The notes under the pieces were generated by a model. That model was not told where the DNA came from. It ran no database searches and worked only from the letters and a program-made list of their open reading frames with translations. Source: Thermoproteota archaeon (GTDB lineage: Archaea; Korarchaeota; Korarchaeia; Korarchaeales; Korarchaeaceae). Taken from it: 64,000 nt of DNA. The stretch spans positions 608,001-672,000 of the forward strand of contig JAOZGC010000002.1 of the NCBI GenBank assembly GCA_027491915.1, read 5' to 3'. The translations under genes were made by a program, and so were the position numbers. Every line of letters starts with the position of its first letter. Positions within the stretch are counted from its first letter, which is position 1. Positions 56,398 to 64,000 of this stretch are shown one piece after another.

Positions 56398-56820
56398 ATT
56401 GCATATTCCGGCCGTCCCGGCCCCCCGCGACCGCCAAGATCAGGGGCCTGAGCTTCACCTATTTCGGGAGAGAAGGGCCGGTCCTGAGAGACGTGACCTT
56501 GAGATAGACGCGGGAGAGTCCGTCCTGCTCGTGGGGAGGAGCGGCAGCGGGAAGTCGACGGTCATCAAGTCGATCAACGGCCTCATACCAAACAGGTACA
56601 GGGGGAGGTACGAGGGAGAGGTCGGGGTCATGGGGGGCTGGTGGAGGGGGGCCTGACGAGGATCTCCAGGCTGGTCGGCACGGTCATGCAGAGGTCGGCG
56701 AGCAGCTGGTGCTCCCCAACGTGGCGGACGACGTTGCCTCCGGCCCCTCGAACCTCTGCCTCCCCAGGGGGGAGGTAGCCGAGAGGGTGGAGGGGCCCCG
56801 TCCCCGGTGGCCGCCGCCTA
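56398..56820 (+). pseudogene. Truncated, frameshifted ECF/ABC transporter ATPase
   Basis: GLSFTY..PVLRD; VGRSGSGKST..INGLIP; VGTVMQ; VADDVASGPSNL across frames; no Walker B. Confidence 0.75.
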
Positions 56821-56881
56821 CATGGCCGTCCTCGACTCGAGGCTGTCCGGGATCCCCCCCGGCGCCGTGACCGCACCCGCC

Positions 56882-57286
56882 TCAATCCGGGCTGGACCCC
56901 GGGATCCTGACGACCGCCCCCCTCCCGGCGATCTCGCCGAACGCCTCCGCCGCGGCCCTGAGGCCCCTCACGAGGATCTCGTAGAGATCCCGCGCGGTCA
57001 GGCCCACGTTCCTGCCGGAGGACTCCAGGCCGTAGGGGTCCCTGATCCACACGCTCACCGTGCCGCCGAACCTGCCCAGCCTGATGTGGGTGTCCGGCCT
57101 GAGACCGGCCGGGAAGAAGGCCCACCCCTCGGCCCTCCTCTCGGCGGAGAAGCCGGCCTCCCCGAGCCTGGCCGTCACGGCCCTGACCAGCTCTTCCGCC
57201 TCCCCGGCGCCCAGGTCGGCCACCAGGGCGGCGGAGGCCAGCTCGTCGCAGAGCCTCCCCTCCTCCCCCTCTCCCTCCCGAACCAT
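56882..57286 (-). CDS. Hypothetical protein
   Basis: Typical codon usage; TTTATA upstream. Confidence 0.55.
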   Translation of the reverse strand: MVREGEGEEGRLCDELASAALVADLGAGEAEELVRAVTARLGEAGFSAERRAEGWAFFPAGLRPDTHIRLGRFGGTVSVWIRDPYGLESSGRNVGLTARDLYEILVRGLRAAAEAFGEIAGRGAVVRIPGSSPD

Positions 57287-57353
57287 CCCGGGACGTCCCC
57301 CCGGGGAGCGTATAAACCCGCCCGTCCCCCATTTACTCCGGCCCGCTCCGCCC

Positions 57354-58472
57354 TCACCCCGCCCCCGGGCCCAGGGACTCCCTCATGTACTCCAGGAACT
57401 CCCCCTTGGAGGAGAACCTGGCGTCGGCGAAGTAGGTGTAGAAGGGGCTGGGCATCCCCCTGCCCCCCCATATCAGGTAGACCCTCTTCCCCAGGACCCT
57501 GTGGCCGTAGAGCATCTCGCACGCCACCCCCGGGGAGCCCACCCCCAGCGGGTTGTAGACCACCACCATGTCAGCCGACTCTATCATGTCGAAGTCCCTC
57601 TCCACTATCTGGCCCTCCACCAGGGGGGCGACCGCCTCCAGCTCCGAGTAGGGGTACTCGAACCTCCTCACCTCCCCCCCGACCTCCACGGCCACCTCCA
57701 CCGGCTCGGACGGGTCGGACACCCCCCTCATCCTGGCGGCCTCCAGGGCCGACAGGATCGCCCCCTCGGTCATGGTCTTCGGGTCGAACACCACGACCCC
57801 CAGGGAGTCCAGCTCGTCCACGAACTCGGCCCTCTCCTCGTCGAACCTCCCCTCCTCCTCCGGAGGCACGTGGGTTATCGGGAAGCTCAGGTAGGCCTTC
57901 TTCCTCCAGGGCTCCAGGGCCAGGGCCCTGAGCACCCTGGGCGGGTGGTTCCTGGCCAGGACGTAGAACTCGGCCTTCAGCTGCCCCGCCAGCTGCTTCA
58001 CCAGGGCCGTCTCCTGGGCCCTCCACATGGCCAGGTCCCTGAGGGTGAACCTCTCCCTGGACCACTCAGGGTCCGAGGCCAGCCTCTCCCTGACGGACAT
58101 CACGTCGTCCACCACCACCACGAAGGCGTCGGGCCTGAGGGCCTCGGCCACCGAGTAGTCCAGCCCCGTGATCACGGTCCCCCCCCAGAAGAAGGTGGCG
58201 GGCGTCCTGATCAGGTACACCCCCGGGTCGGACTCGACCCTCTCGGCTATCCTCCTGAACGCCTCGGCCCTTATGCTCATCAGCCTTTCCCTCAGGAGGT
58301 TCAAGACGTTCTGCTCGCTTATCTCCAGGCCGTGCTCCTCCAGAGCCACCTCCCTCATCGTGTCGAAGGCCCTGAGGACCTTTATTCTCCCCCCAGACCC
58401 GGCGGCCGCCTCCGAGACCGCCTCGTAGGCACCGGAACCTGCCGGCCCCGTGACCACGACCACCCTCCTCAT
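57354..58472 (-). CDS. Archaeal adenylate-kinase-like domain fused to a nucleoside 2-deoxyribosyltransferase-like domain
   Basis: VVVTGPAGSGA..ITGL..LRPDAFVVV; C-term KAYLSFP..RDFDMIESADMVV..SPGVACEM..GKRV. Confidence 0.65.
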   Translation of the reverse strand: MRRVVVVTGPAGSGAYEAVSEAAAGSGGRIKVLRAFDTMREVALEEHGLEISEQNVLNLLRERLMSIRAEAFRRIAERVESDPGVYLIRTPATFFWGGTVITGLDYSVAEALRPDAFVVVVDDVMSVRERLASDPEWSRERFTLRDLAMWRAQETALVKQLAGQLKAEFYVLARNHPPRVLRALALEPWRKKAYLSFPITHVPPEEEGRFDEERAEFVDELDSLGVVVFDPKTMTEGAILSALEAARMRGVSDPSEPVEVAVEVGGEVRRFEYPYSELEAVAPLVEGQIVERDFDMIESADMVVVYNPLGVGSPGVACEMLYGHRVLGKRVYLIWGGRGMPSPFYTYFADARFSSKGEFLEYMRESLGPGAG

Positions 58473-58533
58473 CGGATCCCCGACCCCGGGGGCCGCCAGC
58501 TAATTAATGGGACCGACCGGCCCGGGCCGGGGG

Positions 58534-59574
58534 TCAGGGGGAGTGTATCCCGGCGACCTTCGGGCAGAACCTGGCCTCCCACACCCCCTCGAGGCCGCAG
58601 AGGAACCGCGTCAGCCTCTCCACCCCGATGCCGAACCCGGCGCTGGGCTCGATCCCCTCCCTGAGCATCTCCATGTACCAGCCGTACCTGGAGGGATCCT
58701 CCCCCGAGTCCCTCATCCTGGCCGCGACCCTCTCGTACTCGTACTCCCTCTCGGCGCCGCTGACGGCCTCCCCGAACCCCTCGGGGTAGAGGGCGTCGAA
58801 GTCCCGGAGGATCCCCGGCCTGTCCGGGTCCTCCCTGTCGTAGAACCCCCTGGACCCGGCCGGGTAGTCGTACACGAAGAAGGGGGTGTCGAACCTGGAG
58901 GAGAGGGCCACCTCCCCCTCCCAGGATATCTCGGACCCCCCGTCGGCCTCCAGCCCCATGGACCTGAGGATCCCCACGGCCTCCCGGTGGGGTATCCTCG
59001 GGAAGGGGGCGGCGCACTCGGGGAGCTCCCTCCCCAGCGCCTCCAGCTCCCGGGCCGACTCCTCCCGGACCGCCCGGATCACGTGCCTGATCAGGTCCTC
59101 GGCCAGGTCCATGGCCCCCAGGTAGTCCATGCCGGCCGCCTCCACGTCCACCTGGACGAACTCCGTGAGGTGCCTCCCGGTGAGGGCCGTCTCCGGCGGC
59201 TCCAGCCTGACGTTCGGCGAGACGAAGTATATCCTGCCCAGGGCCGTCGCCGCGGCCTGCTTGTACAGGATGGCGCTGCTCATGACCCTGTACTCCCGCC
59301 CGTAGTAGTCGAAGGAGACCTGCCGGGCCCCCCTGATCCCCGGGTCCGTCACGGGACCTATTATCGGGGGGAGGAGCTCCAAGAAACCCCTGGAGTCCAG
59401 GAAATCCCTGATGGCCCTCAGGGCGACCGCCTGCACCCTGAGGACCGCCCTCGACCTCTCCCCCCTGGCCGAGGAGTAGGACCTGGAGAGCCTAGACTCC
59501 AGGCGCCCCAGGAAGGACTCGCCCTCCCGGGCCTCCTCGATCAGCCCGGCCACCGACGGGTGCATCCCTCCCAT
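58534..59574 (-). CDS. asnA: Archaeal asparagine synthetase A (AsnRS-like, no anticodon domain)
   Basis: VTDPGIRG, MSSAILYKQ, SPNVRLE, RHLTEFVQVD, SGAERE, SAGFGIGVER. Confidence 0.9.
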   Translation of the reverse strand: MGGMHPSVAGLIEEAREGESFLGRLESRLSRSYSSARGERSRAVLRVQAVALRAIRDFLDSRGFLELLPPIIGPVTDPGIRGARQVSFDYYGREYRVMSSAILYKQAAATALGRIYFVSPNVRLEPPETALTGRHLTEFVQVDVEAAGMDYLGAMDLAEDLIRHVIRAVREESARELEALGRELPECAAPFPRIPHREAVGILRSMGLEADGGSEISWEGEVALSSRFDTPFFVYDYPAGSRGFYDREDPDRPGILRDFDALYPEGFGEAVSGAEREYEYERVAARMRDSGEDPSRYGWYMEMLREGIEPSAGFGIGVERLTRFLCGLEGVWEARFCPKVAGIHSP

Positions 59575-59590
59575 CTCCCGCGCCCCCTCT

Positions 59591-59625
59591 TCGCCTCGCC
59601 TCGCCTCGCCTCGCCTCGCCTCGCC
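59591..59625. repeat. (TCGCC)7 microsatellite upstream of asnA
   Basis: Seven perfect pentamers. Confidence 0.9.
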
Positions 59626-59779
59626 TCGACCCCGACCGACTCGGTCGTCCGCCGGGGGAACGCCGCGACTAAATAACCCTTTGCGTCATCTTTCCGCCAT
59701 TTCGCCGTTTTATTTGGCTATATGGGGAGAGAATTGGCCAATATGATGTCATAGTAACCCGATGGACCGGGATGGATGG

Positions 59780-60313
59780 TCAATCTTTCCGGGACGGGAG
59801 CCTCGGGGAGTGGTCCTCGTGGACCCTCTCTAGGGAGAGCAGGGTGTGGGTCTGGACCACGTCCTCGTGGGTGGCCATGAAGGATATGAGGAACCTGGTG
59901 AGCTGATCCAGCTCCGATGCCCTGACCTTAAGCAGGAGATCGTACTCCCCGGTTATTATGTGGGCCTCCTCCACCCAGGGCAGCCGGCGATCCGACGAGG
60001 TCATCTCCACTATCCTCTCGGCCAGCAGCTCCTGGTTTGACCTCCCGCCGACCGGCCTCGTCCTCCTGACCTTGACCAGCACGAACGCCGTTATCCTGTA
60101 CCCCAGCCTCTCGGCGGAGACGACCGCCCGGTACCCCTCCACCAACCCGGCCTCCTCCATCCTGGCCAGCCTGGAGGCCACGGTCGTCCTGGGGGCGCCC
60201 ACCCTCTCGGCGAGCCTCGTGATCGGGATCCTGCCGTCCTCCATCAGCTCCCGCAGTATCCTGACGTCCAGGTCGCCCAATCCGGGCAAGGGTTCTCCCC
60301 ACCTCTCTCCCAC
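59780..60313 (-). CDS. Lrp/AsnC regulator (likely controls asnA)
   Basis: LDVRILREL..DGRIP..LAERVG..HIITGEYDLLLKV. Confidence 0.92.
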   Translation of the reverse strand: MGERWGEPLPGLGDLDVRILRELMEDGRIPITRLAERVGAPRTTVASRLARMEEAGLVEGYRAVVSAERLGYRITAFVLVKVRRTRPVGGRSNQELLAERIVEMTSSDRRLPWVEEAHIITGEYDLLLKVRASELDQLTRFLISFMATHEDVVQTHTLLSLERVHEDHSPRLPSRKD

Positions 60314-60410
60314 CTCCCGGGCGGGCCCGTAATAACAGGATCGCCTCCGGCGCTGCGGACCGGAAGGGGACCCCGGAACCCGTTTAAGCGGGACCGCAGG
60401 GACGCGCCCC

Positions 60411-60662
60411 GTGCCCGAGACCGAGAGGCTGATACTGCTGGTCAGGAGGGGTCAGCCGGAGAGCTCTGAGGCCCTGGACCTCCTGAGGGGCGCCGGGGTG
60501 GAGGCCCTGATATTGGACGCCGACGACCCGGGGGTGGCGCCCTCCCTGCCGGACGGGGTGGGGACCGCCGCGACCCCAGCCCTCCTGACCAGCCGGGGGG
60601 TCGTCCCGGGGGTGGAGCTGATCAGGCTGTACCTGTCGGGCCTCAGGGGCGGGACCCGCTGA
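60411..60662 (+). CDS. Small glutaredoxin-fold-like protein without CxxC
   Basis: GQPESSEALDLL..ATPALL..GVELIRLYL pattern. Confidence 0.45.
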   Translation: MPETERLILLVRRGQPESSEALDLLRGAGVEALILDADDPGVAPSLPDGVGTAATPALLTSRGVVPGVELIRLYLSGLRGGTR

Positions 60663-60683
60663 CCGGCCGCTCCCCGCCCCGCC

Positions 60684-61795
60684 CTACCTGCGGACCAACT
60701 TGGAGGCGCTCATCCCCCTGGGCCCGATCAGGGTGACCGCGTACTCCTTGGCCCCGTCGACGATCTTCTGCCAACATTTCGGGTCGGAGGCGGCCAGCCC
60801 GACCTCGCCCTCGTTCAGGGGCTCTCCCTGGGGTTTCATGGTCAGGACGGGGCAGCTCCCGTTCCCCTCCTTCCACGTCAAGACGATCGTCCACCGCTCC
60901 GGCTCCATCTCGTCGCCGGAGATGGGGTCCGGGCCCAGGTTCACGAAGTGAACGGCGGCCTCCTTCTCGTCTACCTCCTCTATCTCTATCCGGGACACGG
61001 GGGAGGAGCCGGTGTAGGTGGCCTCCAGGCCGCCCGGTCCCCTCAGGGTGACGGAGTACTTCGCGGAGTCCCCCAGCACCTTGTTCCAGCAGCTCGGGTC
61101 CGAGCTGGCCGCGGCCGACCCCCCGGGCGGGACCTCCTCGCCCGAGGGGGAGAGGGAGGAGACCGGGCAGTCCCCCGACCCGAGGTCCCCCTCCAGGGTC
61201 ACCGACCACTCCCCCGGGTCCATGTAGTCCGGCGGTATGGGGCCGTCGCCGACGTTGGCGAAGGACACTACGGCCCCCCACCTGTCGACGGAGGTTATCT
61301 CTATCTCGGGGGATCCTCCCCCGCCCCCTCCCCCGCCCCCTCCCGACCAGGGGGAGGCGAGCCTGCCCTCTAATATGGTCCCGGCCTGGTTCCCCCCGGG
61401 GGCGTAGACCTTGATCATGGCCCTGGACCCGGACTCAGGCCAGCAGGAGGACAGGTTCAGGGCGGCCTCCTCCCCGGGGGCCAGGTCCCCTGAGGGGGTC
61501 ACCGAGTCCGGGGAGCACGTGACGCTTCCGTCCCCCTGAACCTCGAATACCACGGTCCACGCGTCGGGTCCGCCTCCGGGAACCGCCTCCGGCCCCAGGT
61601 TCCTCACGTGTATCGTCCTGGTGGAGGGCTCCACCGAGATTATCTCTATCCCCGCCTCCCCGCCGGTCCCGCCCAGCCCCACCCCGGGGCGGCGAGCCTG
61701 GCGGCCGGGGCGAATATCAGGATTGCGAGGGAGATGCCTATCACCAGGATGGCGGCCTCGACGGCCAGCCTGGAGACCCCGGGTCTGACGGCCAC
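60684..61795 (-). pseudogene. Type IV pilin-like protein with three repeated Ig-like domains; frameshift near 61685
   Basis: MAVRPG/VSRLAVEAAILVIGISLAILIF class-III-like signal out of frame with three IEIxxV..NLG/NVG..W.V/I..C..C repeats. Confidence 0.62.
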
Positions 61796-61887
61796 GCGCC
61801 GACCGATCCGGGGAGATAAAATAAACTTTCCCGTGGAATGGCCGAGAAAGCGGCACCTTTTTTGAGCCGCCGGGCCGGGGATCCGGG

Positions 61888-63099
61888 GTGTCCGTCGTGC
61901 CCCGGCCGCCGCCCTCCCTCTGCGTCAGGTGCAAGGGGGTCCGCCGCCTCTGCGGCCTGGAGAGGTGCCCCATCCTGGAGAGGGCCAGGGCCCAGGCCGG
62001 CTTGAGGATCCCCTACCCGGAGGTCGAGGCCCCCACTCCCCCCCTCGTCCTGGTGGGGGAGGCGGGATATCCCAAGGTCAGGGTGGGCCCGACGCTCGAG
62101 CTGGGCCCCGGGATCGGGGACCCTCGGGAGCTCGTGCGCTCGGCTTCCCTGGAGGAGGTCGTCCGGGCCAGGGCCAGGACCCTGACCCCTACCATCCGGG
62201 TCGACGCCGGGCGCCCCTCCGGGAGGTGGCTGGGCGAGGTGAGGCTGGCGGCCATGGGGTCCCGCCCGGCGGAGGTGGAGGCCGAGCTCGAGAGGCGCCC
62301 GAATGTCGGGGTGAGGTTCGACGGGGTGGCTCCCCCCAGCGGGCCGTCGGCCCCGGCCAGGAGGGTGAGGCTGGCGGAGGAGCCCAGGGTGCCCCCCCAG
62401 GTGGAGAGGGCGGTCTACGACGCGGACCTCCGGGCGGCGGAGGCCGTCCTTGACCTCTACATCTCGGGGGTGGACGTCTACCACGTCCAGAGGCTGCTGA
62501 GCCTGGGGCTCGTGGGGACCCGCGGCAGGAGGAGGCTGGTGCCGACCAGGTGGGCCATAACCGCCGTGGACTCCATCCTGGGGGACGCCCTGAGGAGGGA
62601 GGTCCTGGACCTGCCCTGGTACTCGGGTCCCCCGCTCCTCCACCGCTGGAGCTTCGCCGGCAACGAGTACAGGATACTCATCCTCCCGGGGCCCTACGGG
62701 CTCGAGGTCTTCGAGGCCTGGCTCCCCGGGGGGCTGTGGTCGGGTCGGTCCCTCCAGCTGACCTCCAACTACGAGGGCACCGCGACCCCGGGCTTCCCGA
62801 CGATGGACGGGGGGCACTACGCGATGAGGCTGCCGGTGCTGGAGCGGCTGCGGGAGATGGGGAGGCAGGCCGCGGTGGTGGCCGTCAGGCAGGTGGGCCC
62901 CTCCTACTACGCCCCCGTGGGGAGCTGGCAGATAAGGGAGTCCGTGAGGGCCGCGCTGTCCTCCGAGCCCACGAGGTTCGACTCAGCCGGGGAGGCCCTC
63001 GGGGCCCTGGCCCGGGGGCTCGACTTCGACCTCCGGGGGGCCCTCTCCCGCTCGAGGACCGCGGCCGCGCTCCGGCAGCGGAGGCTCCCCCCGGACTGA
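61888..63099 (+). CDS. nreA: Nre-family archaeal DNA repair protein
   Basis: LCVRCKG..LCG..CP, GYPKVRVGP, LVPTRWAITAVD, GGHYA, PVGSWQIRE; C-terminal QRRL (PIP-like). Confidence 0.9.
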   Translation: MSVVPRPPPSLCVRCKGVRRLCGLERCPILERARAQAGLRIPYPEVEAPTPPLVLVGEAGYPKVRVGPTLELGPGIGDPRELVRSASLEEVVRARARTLTPTIRVDAGRPSGRWLGEVRLAAMGSRPAEVEAELERRPNVGVRFDGVAPPSGPSAPARRVRLAEEPRVPPQVERAVYDADLRAAEAVLDLYISGVDVYHVQRLLSLGLVGTRGRRRLVPTRWAITAVDSILGDALRREVLDLPWYSGPPLLHRWSFAGNEYRILILPGPYGLEVFEAWLPGGLWSGRSLQLTSNYEGTATPGFPTMDGGHYAMRLPVLERLREMGRQAAVVAVRQVGPSYYAPVGSWQIRESVRAALSSEPTRFDSAGEALGALARGLDFDLRGALSRSRTAAALRQRRLPPD

Positions 63100-63107
63100 C
63101 CCTGGGT

Positions 63108-63590
63108 TCAGCGGGCCGCGGCGGCGGGGCCGGACCTCGGGACCATCAGGTAGATGGCCAGGAGTCCCAGGAGCGCCCCGGCCGCCAGGCCGGCCTCGGC
63201 CGGGATGGCGGGGAGGAGCCTGGCCGCGTGGACGGAGGCCAGGGAGGCGGCCGCCGCGAAGGTCGACTCGGCGGCCAGGTGCCCCAGCCACCCCCGGCCG
63301 GCCTCCGCCCCCCCAACCTCGGAGGAGAGCCACGCGGCCGAGGCCGAGATCGCCACCAGCGTCCCCCAGACCGCCGCGATCTCCGGGCTCCTGGGTCCGA
63401 ACACGACGCACCCCGCCACGGCCGTCACCCCGCCGGCGGCCGCCAGGGCCGGCCTCCCCGTGATCGCCCCCGCCGTCAGGACGGCGAAGGAGGCGGCGGC
63501 CCTCTCCGGCCCGGCGTGGACCCAGAGGACGGCCCCGGCGGCCAGGGCGGTCCAGAGGGAGAGGGCCCTCAGGATCCGACCCGCACCCAC
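63108..63590 (-). CDS. Hypothetical membrane protein
   Basis: Very hydrophobic, Ala-rich; coupled to the DUF58-like gene. Confidence 0.55.
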   Translation of the reverse strand: MGAGRILRALSLWTALAAGAVLWVHAGPERAAASFAVLTAGAITGRPALAAAGGVTAVAGCVVFGPRSPEIAAVWGTLVAISASAAWLSSEVGGAEAGRGWLGHLAAESTFAAAASLASVHAARLLPAIPAEAGLAAGALLGLLAIYLMVPRSGPAAAAR

Positions 63591-64000
63591 CTGATCGCAC
63601 CTCCCCCGGTCACGGGACCCCTCACGTCCCAGTCGAGCACGGCGGCGAAGGCGCTGGCGGCCGCCAGGGCCGCCTCCCTCTCCAGGGAGAGGATCGAGGC
63701 GGCGGCCGCCTCGACGGGGTCCCCCCAACCCCTGCCCCCGCCTCTTCCCGTCCGCCGGGAGAGCTCGGCCGTTATGGGGTTGGGGGACACCACCAGGACC
63801 TTGAATCCCCTCGAGGCCAGCTCCGCCAGGGCGTCTGGGGTCGTCGGGTCGGTCATCGGCGAGACCAGGATTACCTGGCACCCCCTGGTCAGGTAGACGT
63901 TCGCGGCGTTCCTGACCAGCAGCCTGAGCTCGGCCGACTCCGTCGGCCTGGCGGCGGCCAGGCACCTGGCTATCTCCACCAGGTGGGCCGGGCCGTACTC
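63569..64000 (-). CDS. DUF58/vWA-like protein, C-terminal part (runs off the right edge)
   Basis: VILVSPMTD..LASRGFKVLVVSP..VLDW pattern. Confidence 0.55.
   Translation of the reverse strand, partial: EYGPAHLVEIARCLAAARPTESAELRLLVRNAANVYLTRGCQVILVSPMTDPTTPDALAELASRGFKVLVVSPNPITAELSRRTGRGGGRGWGDPVEAAAASILSLEREAALAAASAFAAVLDWDVRGPVTGGGAIRWVRVGS

Noticed and set aside
1-64000. rRNA, tRNA, SRP or RNase P RNA, IS elements, proviral genes
   Set aside because: No signature recognised on either strand by eye; a covariance-model scan would be needed to exclude small RNAs.

Overview
64 kb of very GC-rich archaeal chromosome, judged from AGG/ATA codon use, TATA boxes about 25-30 bp upstream of starts, and archaeal-type FBP aldolase/phosphatase, TIM, AMP phosphorylase, Nre and SufC/SufBD; probably a TACK-lineage thermophile (inference). 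Intact housekeeping genes cover Fe-S assembly, SOR/rubredoxin, dihydroorotase, 2-oxoacid:ferredoxin oxidoreductase, acyl-CoA synthetase, asparagine synthetase A and an ABC exporter. They are interleaved with many toxin-antitoxin-type modules (six HEPN-MNT pairs, VapBC, a decayed PIN gene, an RHH-DUF5678/aspartic protease pair), several large secreted proteins and about nine frameshifted accessory genes. I found no rRNA, tRNA, cas gene, integrase or transposase. Best leads: (1) a ~120-aa C-terminal module shared by three unrelated secreted proteins, a candidate cell-surface anchoring system; (2) an AEP primase-polymerase fused to an uncharacterised domain; (3) the RHH-DUF5678 plus retropepsin operon; (4) a Cys-rich mini-protein/HEAT-repeat/radical-SAM operon, possibly for DNA repair; (5) an ArsR-bactofilin-like operon with two small coiled-coil proteins; (6) a degenerate NMP kinase fused to an NDT-like domain. 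All family calls come from recognising motifs by eye, not from database searches.
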